From positions 10,014-74,013 of IMG/VR virus record IMGVR_UViG_3300033547_000001: 64,000 bases of DNA; one strand, 5' to 3'. Of the stretch, positions 26,524 to 35,994 are shown one piece after another. The DNA comes from a virus. Taxonomy: Duplodnaviria > Caudoviricetes. Each line of letters starts with the position of its first letter. Position 1 is the first letter of the stretch. The notes beneath the pieces are model-generated. The model saw nothing but the letters and a program-made list of their open reading frames with translations. It was not told the origin of the DNA and did no database searches. A program made the translations under genes and the position numbers.

Positions 26524-28317
26524 TCAGATGAGCGTCACGACGCCGAGGTTGATGCTCTGCACCGACCCGCCGTCCGCATAATAGTAGGTGACCTGGCGCG
26601 GTCCGCGGCTCGCCCTCAGCGTGGGCGTAGCCGGGACGATCAGCAGGTACCAGCCCTGAGAGCTGATCGTGGGGGCGATGTTCTTGCCGGCAGCCGCATT
26701 GACCGCAGCGATCTGGTTCGCCGCAAGAACCGTGCCGGGAACCACGGCTCCGAAGTTTATGGCCGCCGTGATCGGGTCTGCGAGCGATGCCTCGATCAGG
26801 GCATCACCTGAGGCCACAAATGGGATCGAATTGACGTTCGCCTGCAGGTTCATGAGCGCCGTCTGCAGCGCGCTCGTGAGCCATACTTCGTTTGCGAAGG
26901 TGTCGAGCCAGAGGTACGGCCCGGTGATCATGCCTCTCTGGAAGTCCTGGAAGCCCTGATTGGCCGTCGCGATCGCCGCGTAATAGTTGTAGCTGTTGCC
27001 GCGATCGCCGAGAACCTGCGGGTTGCCGCCGAGGTTGATGGCGGTCTGGTTGTCCATCGCCGTCGGCACCATGCCGGCCTGCGATTTGTAGGCGAACGAC
27101 ACACGGCCACCCAGCGCGGTGAAATTAATCGACGCGACGAAGCCGCAGGCCATGGGCCCGATATTGGTGCCGAGTGCGTTGAGGCTGGTCGGGTCGTAGA
27201 GCAGGCACGTCCCCGAGTAATTCGCCTGTGTCACCGCGTAACCGAAGCTGGAAGTCGCCGGCACCGCTCCGGCGCCGAGCGCCGCCGGGTCGGGCGCCAT
27301 ATAGATGAACCTGGCTCCGTTGTTCTGCGAGTTCGCCCACGCTGCGAAGGCGAGTTTCTGGGTGAAGCCTGACCCGTTGTCCGGGTCGAAGGTGGTGGTG
27401 AACGATGCCCAGTTGTTGGTGAGCGTGCGCACCGAGTTCATGAACGTCGCCGGCACGGCCGCTGCCGATCCCTGCGATATGACTGCGCCGGTCGCCTGGG
27501 TGAGCAGAAGCGAAGTGGCCATCGCCCCCGATCCGAAGGTGATCGCGGAGTTGACCCCGGTGGTGCCCGAATTGACGACGAACCCGCCGGACACACTGTC
27601 GAAATAGACCGCGGGGAGAAGCGAAGTCAGTGTCGTGGGCGACCCGATGGTCGACGACTGCGTGAGGTTGTACGTCCCCACGCCGCCGGTGCCGGTGCCG
27701 AATGACGCGACGAACGTGCTGGCCGTGACGCCGGCGCCGGTGATCTTGTCGCCCACGGCGATTGGCGTTCCGCCGGTCAGCACCGCGGACACGGTCATCA
27801 CGGTCGTGGCTACCGTCGCGGTGACGGTCCCCTGCGAGGCGCCGGATATTGCGAGATCGGTCTCGATCAGCTGCGCGGCACTCGTGAACGACGTGGCGCT
27901 GCTGAGGTTCACCGACGCGGTCGCGAGCACCGAGTCGATCGTGACGCTCAGGGTCCCGCTGAGGGCTTGGAGCTGCGTCAGGGTGAGGGCGGAAATGTTG
28001 CCGCCCCTGAGGTAGGCCGAGACTGCGCTGAGGGGATACTGCACAACGAGCATAGCTGCCGGTTTGAGCGTCGACGAATCGAAGCCTCCGAAGTACCCGG
28101 TACCGAACCCCACGCCCCCTCCCGCCACGCGCGCCATCACCGAGGTCGGGCCGAAGTAGCTGTTGACCGCAGTGGTTCCCCCGAACGACAGCGCGGTGCC
28201 GATCGGCACCCGCGTATCGGTGGTCAGTATGAGGCCGTTGAGGTTGATCGCCGAGCCGCCCGCGGCGAGGACGCCCGGGTTCGTTGCGACGAATAGGTCG
28301 GCGCTAATCGTGGTCAT
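26524..28317 (-). CDS. Tail sheath protein (DUF3383-type)
   Basis: NPGVLAAGG, YFGPTS, NWASFTT, YKSQAG, GPYLWLDT, IPF...G...I. Confidence 0.9.
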   Translation of the reverse strand: MTTISADLFVATNPGVLAAGGSAINLNGLILTTDTRVPIGTALSFGGTTAVNSYFGPTSVMARVAGGGVGFGTGYFGGFDSSTLKPAAMLVVQYPLSAVSAYLRGGNISALTLTQLQALSGTLSVTIDSVLATASVNLSSATSFTSAAQLIETDLAISGASQGTVTATVATTVMTVSAVLTGGTPIAVGDKITGAGVTASTFVASFGTGTGGVGTYNLTQSSTIGSPTTLTSLLPAVYFDSVSGGFVVNSGTTGVNSAITFGSGAMATSLLLTQATGAVISQGSAAAVPATFMNSVRTLTNNWASFTTTFDPDNGSGFTQKLAFAAWANSQNNGARFIYMAPDPAALGAGAVPATSSFGYAVTQANYSGTCLLYDPTSLNALGTNIGPMACGFVASINFTALGGRVSFAYKSQAGMVPTAMDNQTAINLGGNPQVLGDRGNSYNYYAAIATANQGFQDFQRGMITGPYLWLDTFANEVWLTSALQTALMNLQANVNSIPFVASGDALIEASLADPITAAINFGAVVPGTVLAANQIAAVNAAAGKNIAPTISSQGWYLLIVPATPTLRASRGPRQVTYYYADGGSVQSINLGVVTLI

Positions 28318-28331
28318 GGGCTTTGCGTCCT

Positions 28332-29063
28332 TCAGTGCGGAGGTTGCGTGACGTCGACGTTCGCCACCGTGAGCACGATCCCGTCGGCGAACTGCATGGG
28401 TATGGAGACGATCAGATTGACCTGCATGTGCAGGTCGACCGTCCACCGCGTCTCGTATTCCTTGGCCGCGGTAATGAATGGCACCTGCCGAGGGTCATCT
28501 GCATAGAACGGCGACACGCCGAGCGGCTCAAGCTGATCAGCAGCATAGCCGTCCCGGAAGAGGGCGTTCAGGATCGAGGCGTTCTCGGCCGAGTTAGGCC
28601 CGTGCACGTCGACCTGCATCACGACCTCGACGTCCTCCTCGACCTGGATTGTTCCGGCCGCCATGGTCTGTGGCGCGCCGATCGACTGGGACGGACTGAT
28701 GGTGTAGGTCCCGATCCCTCCCGTTCCCGTGCCAGGTGGCGCGACTACCACGGTGTTAACGGCCACACCTACGCCGAAGATGATGCTGCCGATCGAGATT
28801 GGCGCGTTGAGGTTCGGGTTGGGATCGAGGGCAGACACCGTCATCAGCGTCCCAGCGATCGCTGCGGTGAACTTCGAGTCCGCCGGCGTCTCGAGGTTGG
28901 TCGACAGGCGCGGCCGCGACAGCGGCCACATCTCGGCGAAGTCGCCAAGGAACGATGGGACGCGGTTGACCTGGCCGACTACTGCCGGGATGCCGGTGAT
29001 CAATGTTATGAAGTCGCCGACCGCAGAGTTGATCTGCGCCTGCGTGATCGAGATGGATGACAT
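28332..29063 (-). CDS. Neck/tail-terminator protein with inserted Gly/Thr module
   Basis: GQVNRVP, RLSTN, MQVDVHG, PFYADDPRQ.PF....EYETRW. Confidence 0.8.
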   Translation of the reverse strand: MSSISITQAQINSAVGDFITLITGIPAVVGQVNRVPSFLGDFAEMWPLSRPRLSTNLETPADSKFTAAIAGTLMTVSALDPNPNLNAPISIGSIIFGVGVAVNTVVVAPPGTGTGGIGTYTISPSQSIGAPQTMAAGTIQVEEDVEVVMQVDVHGPNSAENASILNALFRDGYAADQLEPLGVSPFYADDPRQVPFITAAKEYETRWTVDLHMQVNLIVSIPMQFADGIVLTVANVDVTQPPH

Positions 29064-29116
29064 CTATTTCCCTAGCGGCCTCGGATATCCCGAACCATGT
29101 GGTACGGGCTGGAATG

Positions 29117-31246
29117 TCATGGGCTCAACGCATTCGCCGCAATAAGTGCGTTTACGATCGCGGTGCCGCCGGGTGCGTTCGTCGCGGTGCACGACTGGAG
29201 TTGGCAATAAATGTGAGCACCGTCATGAGTATAACCGACGGCATCCCCAGATTTCCACAGATTGATATTAGGGATCGTAGTGTTTTCTACCTCTGTTCCG
29301 ACCTCGGCAAAGCTAGTTTGGTTGAGGATAGTCCCCGCGCGAATGATCGTGTTCAAGGCTGCAACTTGTCCGCTTGAGTTATCGGTCTGATTGATGTCGC
29401 TCGGCGGTGTCGACGTTAACGTAACTTGTGGCACCATGGTCGACTGGATGACGGTTGCTATCCGACCTCCAGTGCCACGAACGTAATTGCCGTTGGTTAA
29501 TCCGATGTTGGTTGCGGCAACGGTCGATGATCCACCCGTGTTGACGTCGTTGTCACCGAGTTGATTCCAAAACACATTAATATTTCCACTGTTAGCAAAG
29601 TTGATACGATCAACTATATTGACGGTGGTTTCAGTAGTCGCAGCTGCGAGGCCCGTGCGTCCCTGATGCAAGTACCCCCCGATCGTGCTCGGAGTAGTTC
29701 TGTTGCTCATCACGGTGTCGAGATAACCGGCCATGTAGCCGATGCCACCGCCGCTTCCGTTGCCATCCACCAATTGGATGTAGCCGCCAACACCTTGGCC
29801 GTTACTGTCAGTCATAAGGGCGATGGACCGCTGTGTGTTTGGAACTTCGCAGATCAAGTTGCCGCTGACCATGAACGACATATTGGTGGTAATGGTCCCG
29901 CCTCCGGTGGCGTCCGACAAACCGTTCCCCTGCTGCGCCAGATCGCCAATCGCCGAATTTGGAGCGTAATCGGTCAGATATACCAGACCGCCGTTATTGA
30001 TCGTGATGAAGCTCCTAATCCACACTTGGCCGGCCGGAATCGTGACACCGCTAGCAATGTCCGTCGCGTCGAACAGATCGCCGGCATTAACCGTCATCGT
30101 GTTCACGCCGCTCGCAGTGAGATTGACGAATGTCCCAGGTCCGTATTCGATTTGCGTGTGAACGGTGTAAGGATTGGCAAAATTAGCATCGCCGATCGAA
30201 TAGCCCCAACCGGTATAAACAACACTTGGATTCGCGCATGGATGATTGAGGTACGTCATGCGCCGCGTGTTGAACGTGTTCGCGGTGGCAAACGCGACCG
30301 TTGTATTGATCGTCGGGAGATCGTTTCTTGATCCGGCTATTTGGCGGATCGTCGGATAATCAGACGTAATCCCGCTGCGGTAAGCCACAATGGCATTGTA
30401 GATGGCGAGATGCTGCGCTGCGGTCAAATGCCCGCAAATAAAACCAAATGCAATGCCGCCGAAAGACCATTCCTGAGATCCGTTGGCTCTGGCCAGGAAA
30501 TTGATTGCCGCATTGGCCAATGCCGTCGAGGTGGACGTGGTTGTTGCCCCGGCCACTCCCTGCGCGTAAGTCGTGAATCCGGTGGATAATGACCGGTCGA
30601 GAGCAAGCAATCCTGCACCGCTGCTCGTGCTCACGCCGGCTGACTGCGTCGTCGAATTCAGTGCGCCAGTCTGCACATTTCCGACCGTGTCGTTGGGTCG
30701 TATTTCGGCATAAGCATTGGTGGCATACCCCATGGCCGCACCATGGATGGCCGCTGCCGTGATCGACCATTCTGCGATCATCGCGCTGTTTTGCGTGTAA
30801 TTGAGTCCAGAGGCGGTCGATGGATTGAGATTCGAACTGATTGATGTTCCGCCCGCAGGATCTCCCGTTATGCCGAGATCGGCGCTGAATATCGCCGGAC
30901 CTGTTATGGTAGCCCCGTAGCTCGCCTGGATCAGATTGGTCAGCGCGGTCACCTGGTCGCGCGCCTGGAACGCATAGACCGCATCGCACTGCGAATAGAT
31001 CCCGGCCGTATTCAGCGCCGCGAAGAATGTGTTGTATCTCGCCTTGCGGGCGGTGTTGGGCTGCGTTGCGAGGCGAGCGAAAAAGGCGGTTGCTTGTGGG
31101 TTATATACCGGTCCGGTGCTGGCAGCCTTGCCACCCATCCACAGCAGCCGATTGGCCGCCTCAACCGATCCGACGACCATCAGCGCGCATAGCGCCAGTA
31201 CCACAGCAATGAAAGATCTGCGTCGCACCACTTCTGCGCCCCTCAA
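29117..31246 (-). CDS. Large exported-type protein: lectin-like N-terminal region plus C-terminal SGNH hydrolase
   Basis: RRRSFIAVVLALCALMVVGSVEA leader; TDSNG, LGDND and DGAH SGNH blocks; lower GC; true start probably GTG near 31231. Confidence 0.75.
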   Translation of the reverse strand: MRGAEVVRRRSFIAVVLALCALMVVGSVEAANRLLWMGGKAASTGPVYNPQATAFFARLATQPNTARKARYNTFFAALNTAGIYSQCDAVYAFQARDQVTALTNLIQASYGATITGPAIFSADLGITGDPAGGTSISSNLNPSTASGLNYTQNSAMIAEWSITAAAIHGAAMGYATNAYAEIRPNDTVGNVQTGALNSTTQSAGVSTSSGAGLLALDRSLSTGFTTYAQGVAGATTTSTSTALANAAINFLARANGSQEWSFGGIAFGFICGHLTAAQHLAIYNAIVAYRSGITSDYPTIRQIAGSRNDLPTINTTVAFATANTFNTRRMTYLNHPCANPSVVYTGWGYSIGDANFANPYTVHTQIEYGPGTFVNLTASGVNTMTVNAGDLFDATDIASGVTIPAGQVWIRSFITINNGGLVYLTDYAPNSAIGDLAQQGNGLSDATGGGTITTNMSFMVSGNLICEVPNTQRSIALMTDSNGQGVGGYIQLVDGNGSGGGIGYMAGYLDTVMSNRTTPSTIGGYLHQGRTGLAAATTETTVNIVDRINFANSGNINVFWNQLGDNDVNTGGSSTVAATNIGLTNGNYVRGTGGRIATVIQSTMVPQVTLTSTPPSDINQTDNSSGQVAALNTIIRAGTILNQTSFAEVGTEVENTTIPNINLWKSGDAVGYTHDGAHIYCQLQSCTATNAPGGTAIVNALIAANALSP

Positions 31247-31839
31247 TTGTTGATGATCGTTCGCAGAAAGTATGAATGCTTCTCGTTGGCGATCGGCGTG
31301 TAGGCGCCGATCTCCTCAAGCGCGAATATCGTCATCTGCGAGGCCTGGGATGGAGCCGGCAGTACGGTGCTCAGCATCAGGTTAGATCCCGAGCACTCCG
31401 AGAAATATTGGGCCGTCCCGTCGTTGGTCACCTGCCACGCCGAGCACGTCAGGCTGCCGAGGTAGATGTTGGCCGCGAGGTCGGCCGCGTAAGGACCGAC
31501 GTAGGCGCTGCCATCGACGAGGCTGGTCGTGGTGGGCTTCTGGGAATAGAGCCACAGCGTCGAAGTCCCCGGCTTGTTCGTCCCGTTCGAGTAGATCAAC
31601 GCCTTGATCACCACGAGTTGGCCAGACTGGGTGCCGCCAAGGATGATCGGTGATGCTACCGCGCTGCCGCTGGTATTGGTCGCGAAAAGCTGGTTTCCCG
31701 TGTAGGGCGTCGCAGAGTTCGAGTGCGTGGTGCTGCCGGTCCCGTTATATGCGAGCTGCGCCGCAGAAGGCGCGACCGCACACAGCACCGCAAATGCGGC
31801 GACGAGCGCCGAGGCGATGATCTTCCTCATCTGGTCCAT
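31243..31839 (-). CDS. Predicted exported beta-rich protein
   Basis: MRKIIASALVAAFAVLCAVAPSAA-Q leader. Confidence 0.7.
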   Translation of the reverse strand: MDQMRKIIASALVAAFAVLCAVAPSAAQLAYNGTGSTTHSNSATPYTGNQLFATNTSGSAVASPIILGGTQSGQLVVIKALIYSNGTNKPGTSTLWLYSQKPTTTSLVDGSAYVGPYAADLAANIYLGSLTCSAWQVTNDGTAQYFSECSGSNLMLSTVLPAPSQASQMTIFALEEIGAYTPIANEKHSYFLRTIINN

Positions 31840-31889
31840 GCAAGCATCCAGTTCATTTTAACGGAAACGTTAAGGCGGCAACTTCCGCG

Positions 31890-32291
31890 CTACGGCAGGT
31901 CGTCGGTTAGGACCACGGCGACCTTGCACCAAGTGTTGGCGCCCCACTGCTCGAGCGACGCCAGGATCTTCCAGGTATTGCCCTCGGGCAGCGTGTTGGC
32001 GGCGAACACCACCAGGTCGCCGCCCGTCTGCTTCACGCGCAGGATCGCGTGCGCGGCTCCGTTCATGAAGATGACGCGTTCGGCGCCCTGGATGTTCAGC
32101 GCATCGAGCTGCCTGACGTCGCCGGTGGTCAGCGGCTGAACCTGGGCGATGATCGGCAGCGGCGCAGCATAGCTCGGGACCGGCACGTGGTTGACCATCG
32201 AGAACCCGGTGCTGACCAGAAGCGACGCCGGGAAGTTGGGGTTAACCCTCCGGGTCACGCTGTTGACGGCCGCGTTAAGGTTCAGTGGCAT
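31890..32291 (-). CDS. Head-closure/head-tail joining protein
   Basis: VNPN, AQVQPLT..D...LDALNIQG, GGDLVVF, W.KV.V. Confidence 0.75.
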   Translation of the reverse strand: MPLNLNAAVNSVTRRVNPNFPASLLVSTGFSMVNHVPVPSYAAPLPIIAQVQPLTTGDVRQLDALNIQGAERVIFMNGAAHAILRVKQTGGDLVVFAANTLPEGNTWKILASLEQWGANTWCKVAVVLTDDLP

Positions 32292-32713
32292 CAGCGGTAG
32301 AACCTCCTGGCCCGCCGCTCGGCAACGCGCTCGGCGCGCAGTACGCGCAGATCACGGGTCGTCCCCTGGCGCGGGATGATCGGCTTGACGCCGAGCAGCG
32401 CGTCAGCCTCGTCGCGGTCCTTCCGGATCGTCTTGGCGCTCTCAATCAGAATGCCGCGCGCCAAACTCTTGTCCAACTCCGGATTCAGCGGGTCGAAGTT
32501 GATGAAGGGCCTGATCTGTTCGGGGTACTTCTTGCGCTCGGCTTCCTCGGCCGACCTGAGGTCGGTCAGCACGGCCAGCGCCGACCAGCGGACCGGAGAC
32601 TCATAGATGGCGAGGCGAACCAGCGGACCGAGCTGCTCAAGAGCCGCCATCTCGTCGTCCACCGTCCCGATCGCTGCTCGGACGACGTGTCCCCCGTCAT
32701 TGGTGCTTCGCAT
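32291..32713 (-). CDS. Hypothetical protein
   Basis: Operonic; stop overlaps next start. Confidence 0.5.
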   Translation of the reverse strand: MRSTNDGGHVVRAAIGTVDDEMAALEQLGPLVRLAIYESPVRWSALAVLTDLRSAEEAERKKYPEQIRPFINFDPLNPELDKSLARGILIESAKTIRKDRDEADALLGVKPIIPRQGTTRDLRVLRAERVAERRARRFYR

Positions 32714-32768
32714 GGCTGTATGGCCCTCCTGCTGGCGCGCGTCATAGCATCGCGCGCCGCATGGGTCA

Positions 32769-33569
32769 TCAATTCATCGCGTTGATTCCGAGGAAGTTCA
32801 AGACGATGTTGGCCGTCGCCGCTGCGTTGCCAGTGACCGCGATCAGGATCGCAGCGTTTTCCGGAGCGGTTAGGAGCGACGGCGCCGTCAGCGCGCCGAC
32901 CACCGAACCGGACTGAGCCACTTCATGGAGCGCGATCTGGGTGTTCGATGCAGCAGCGCCGTACTTGAAGACATTCGCGGCGAGCTGCCAACCTCCCAGA
33001 GAGTTCGCGGTGCTGTCGGTGAACGAGGCGATCGCCGTCCCGCCCGTGACCGTCGACCCGACGACGGCGGTCGTCGCGCCCCAGATCAGCTTCACCAATT
33101 TCGCCGTGGCAGCGTTCGTCATCGAACCCATGGCGGCGATGTTGATCCCACGCCCAAGGACATCAAAAGAACTGAGCTGCAGGGAGAAGACGGCCAGCAC
33201 GCTGTCGACGCCGGTAGCGCCCGGGTTGATGCCGGCCGAGCTGACCTGTCGGTTGATGTTGCCCTCTGCCGCCATCAGGGCAGCGCCGAGGCCGAACTGC
33301 GTCACCTCGGTGGATGGGTTCGTCCCGCCCCCGGCGTAGTTCGCTCCGCTGAACACCCACGCCGCCGCGCCGGCCGCGTTCGAGACGCATTCCCATTCCC
33401 GCTTGAAGCCGGCCGCATTGTTGAACCAGATCGCGCCGACCGCGATTCCCTGCGTGATGTCGTCGGTCACAAGCGGATCTCGCGTCGCTACCAGAGTCGT
33501 ACCGACCCCGCCGACCAGGAACGGAACCTTGACGTCGCCGATGCGGGTATCCCATAGCGTGTTGGCCAT
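32769..33569 (-). CDS. Putative virion structural protein
   Basis: P.VTDDITQG..VGAIWFN...WECVSNAAGAAAW motif; Ala/Gly-rich; GGAG RBS. Confidence 0.65.
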   Translation of the reverse strand: MANTLWDTRIGDVKVPFLVGGVGTTLVATRDPLVTDDITQGIAVGAIWFNNAAGFKREWECVSNAAGAAAWVFSGANYAGGGTNPSTEVTQFGLGAALMAAEGNINRQVSSAGINPGATGVDSVLAVFSLQLSSFDVLGRGINIAAMGSMTNAATAKLVKLIWGATTAVVGSTVTGGTAIASFTDSTANSLGGWQLAANVFKYGAAASNTQIALHEVAQSGSVVGALTAPSLLTAPENAAILIAVTGNAAATANIVLNFLGINAMN

Positions 33570-33595
33570 CTCGTAGAACTCCTTGTCCGGGGGGG

Positions 33596-34162
33596 TTAAA
33601 CTCTCGGCGGAAGCGTGGTCTTGCCGCCGTCGATCTCATAGCCGACGCTGTTCACCAGATGGCCGCTCTCGATCAACACCTTGTCCGACGCGCCATAGTT
33701 GGTTTTGCCGGCCGCCACTCGCGCGCGCGCCTCTTCGACCGTCTTGCGGGTCACGACGAGGGACTGGTCGTGCGACTTCATCCCTCGAAGCATCACGGTG
33801 ACCGGACTCAAGGCCGGGGCATTAGTGTCGATGATCGATTCCTGCAGCTGCCCACCGATGCCATTGCCGAGGCGGTTCAGCGTGCGCGGGATGTCGTAGT
33901 TCGTCTCGCGGAGCTGCGTCGCGATCGCCGCCGGCCACCCCGGGCTCTTGGCCGAGATCATCGTGCGGAAGTACGGCCGCGGCGGGATGCCGACACGTGG
34001 CGCGCCAAACTCCTGGATGGCCGCCACCATCGGCACGCTGGTCCCATCCGGATAGGTCGCGTTCTCCAGGAACCCGACCCGGACGGTGCCCGGTTGCGAT
34101 AGCTTGGCCGCCATCTTGGTGAGTACCGCCCGAAAGGTATAGCCGCCGCTCATCTTGGCCAT
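33596..34162 (-). CDS. Neck/virion morphogenesis protein
   Basis: VRVGFLENATYPDG..V..VAAIQEFG....IPPRPYFR, K.LI.SGHL.NSV. Confidence 0.8.
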   Translation of the reverse strand: MAKMSGGYTFRAVLTKMAAKLSQPGTVRVGFLENATYPDGTSVPMVAAIQEFGAPRVGIPPRPYFRTMISAKSPGWPAAIATQLRETNYDIPRTLNRLGNGIGGQLQESIIDTNAPALSPVTVMLRGMKSHDQSLVVTRKTVEEARARVAAGKTNYGASDKVLIESGHLVNSVGYEIDGGKTTLPPRV

Positions 34163-34168
34163 ATGGTC

Positions 34169-34594
34169 TCAGGCCGTCTGCGCGCCCTGGTGGTCGACCG
34201 CATTCCCCGGCCCCACTTCCGGGGCCCGTTCCTCGACATGCTCACCAGCGGCCACCGCTGCCTCACGGTTGGCCTTCCTGGCCTCTTCGGCCGCGATCTG
34301 GCTCTGGACCCACGCGAAGGTCGGCTGAAACGCAGTGACGATCTGGTTGAACTCGGCCACGACGCCCTGGGCGTCCATGACGGCTTTGCGGATCAGCGGC
34401 AGCGTCTGCTCGACCTCGGCCTTGAAAGCGAGGAGATCGCGGAAAACGTCCGGCTGATCCGCGGCGGCCGCGCTGGTGCTGGTTTCGTCCATCTTCGCCT
34501 CGCCGTCGGCAGCGGGAGAGAAGTCTTTGAAGACGAACTGCTCAAGGGCCGTGATCCGATTGTGGTATTTCTTTACGACTGCATCGAGGTCCAT
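34169..34594 (-). CDS. Hypothetical coiled-coil protein
   Basis: Operonic, helical composition. Confidence 0.6.
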   Translation of the reverse strand: MDLDAVVKKYHNRITALEQFVFKDFSPAADGEAKMDETSTSAAAADQPDVFRDLLAFKAEVEQTLPLIRKAVMDAQGVVAEFNQIVTAFQPTFAWVQSQIAAEEARKANREAAVAAGEHVEERAPEVGPGNAVDHQGAQTA

Positions 34595-34598
34595 CGCT

Positions 34599-34892
34599 TC
34601 AGTTCCCTTCCGTCTCGGGAGGCGATTCCTCGTCCTCCGCGGTTATGCCGAGGTTCTCGGCGAGTTGCTTGTTCTGTCCGACCCACATGGCGAAGAACGC
34701 CTTGTCGATGCCGGGGTTGTGGCCGGCCCGGAGCTCGACCGCGTCTGGCATGTCCTTCGAGGAGGCTGACCGCAGGCGGCCTTGGAAAGCGCGGCCGCCG
34801 CCATCATCGGGCACGACCATGTGAAGGTGGAGCATCAGGGACCTCGCGGCCCCGTTGTAGACGTTGACTTTCGCCCGCTTCTCTTCAGCCAT
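34599..34892 (-). CDS. Hypothetical protein, likely paralog of 35352-35918
   Basis: GGAGG RBS; V.V..L.L.L..V.L..G..D..F...W...N pattern shared. Confidence 0.65.
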   Translation of the reverse strand: MAEEKRAKVNVYNGAARSLMLHLHMVVPDDGGGRAFQGRLRSASSKDMPDAVELRAGHNPGIDKAFFAMWVGQNKQLAENLGITAEDEESPPETEGN

Positions 34893-34894
34893 GG

Positions 34895-35350
34895 TCAAAA
34901 CCTCCTGAACGATCCGAAGCCAGTGCCGATGCCATTGCCGAAGCGCGACCTGCTGCGAACATATTTCGGAAACGACCGGTAGGCCGCCGTAGCCTGCCAG
35001 AAGGCCGCGCCGTAGGGCGTCTGGTCAAACCACTGGCTGTTGTTCGTCGACGCATATTCGAGCGCCAGCGTGACCGAACCCTGCGTCGCGCTGCTGGCGC
35101 GACCTACAAGGCCATTGGGATCGTTGCCATCGGGCCCGCTGAACAGTTGGCAGAGGTGCGCCGTCAGCATGTACATAAGCTGCGTTTGCAGCCCGACGTC
35201 CTTGACGCGCCCGGTTCCGTCATTGCGCAGCCACACCTCGCCGGCGAGCGCGAAGTACGCCTGCACGGTGGCGTCCGGAGGCGCGGTGGCGAACGCCGCA
35301 TACGCCGTCCGGAAGTCCGCCAGAACAAGCGTCGCAGTCGCGCCGCCCAT
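34895..35350 (-). CDS. DUF4054 head-tail adaptor
   Basis: F..AY.AF, LTAHLCQL, GLVGR.SSATQGSV, WFDQTPYGAAFWQAT. Confidence 0.88.
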   Translation of the reverse strand: MGGATATLVLADFRTAYAAFATAPPDATVQAYFALAGEVWLRNDGTGRVKDVGLQTQLMYMLTAHLCQLFSGPDGNDPNGLVGRASSATQGSVTLALEYASTNNSQWFDQTPYGAAFWQATAAYRSFPKYVRSRSRFGNGIGTGFGSFRRF

Positions 35351-35351
35351 C

Positions 35352-35918
35352 CTACGCGACCCTATCCTTCGACCGGTCGGTGTCCGGCTCGATGTCGGTC
35401 AGGTTCATGTGGTTCGGCTGCTCGGCCCGCACATCGCCATCCGGGTTCATCGGCTCGAGGCCGCACATCACCTTCTCGTGCTCGCGCGCCCGCGCGGCGG
35501 CGCTGGCCTGGTCGCTGTAGGCGAATATGAGCCCCTCGACCAACGGGGTAAACTGGCTGTTCTGGTCTTTCCACTTTTCCCAGAAACGTCGGTCGACCTC
35601 GGTCAGCCCGAAGTCCCCGATGATCGAATAGTTTGGCACCTTGCCGAACGGCACGGCGTAACCCTTGAGGCGCACCTGGCCACCCACCCGCATGTGCTGC
35701 TTCACCATGCGGATGCCGCCGCCGAGAACCTTCTGTTCGGTTTCAATGCTCTCGGTCAACTGCATCACGATCCCCTTTGGCAGTTTGCACGCGACCCACA
35801 CGGTCGATGACGTTTCCTTCGGGGTGTGCACCGCCGGCGAGGCCGGGTCGGTGGTGTGGTCGAGGTCGGCCGATACTTTCGCCGCGGCCCGGCGTGACTT
35901 GGCTACTTTGGTGGTCAT
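35352..35918 (-). CDS. Conserved head-associated hypothetical protein
   Basis: VWVACKLPKG, FGLTEVD..FWEKW, GLIFA, GLEPMNP. Confidence 0.75.
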   Translation of the reverse strand: MTTKVAKSRRAAAKVSADLDHTTDPASPAVHTPKETSSTVWVACKLPKGIVMQLTESIETEQKVLGGGIRMVKQHMRVGGQVRLKGYAVPFGKVPNYSIIGDFGLTEVDRRFWEKWKDQNSQFTPLVEGLIFAYSDQASAAARAREHEKVMCGLEPMNPDGDVRAEQPNHMNLTDIEPDTDRSKDRVA

Positions 35919-35994
35919 GGTGGTCCTGTCGTTTTGGGGTTGGCGCTGCGTGGTCTTACGCCCACCCGCAGCTTTTGGCGATGGCCTTGTCGGT

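Noticed and set aside
31858-31873. CtrA box
   Set aside because: Spacing is TTAA-N8-TTAA rather than N7; kept only as a generic palindrome
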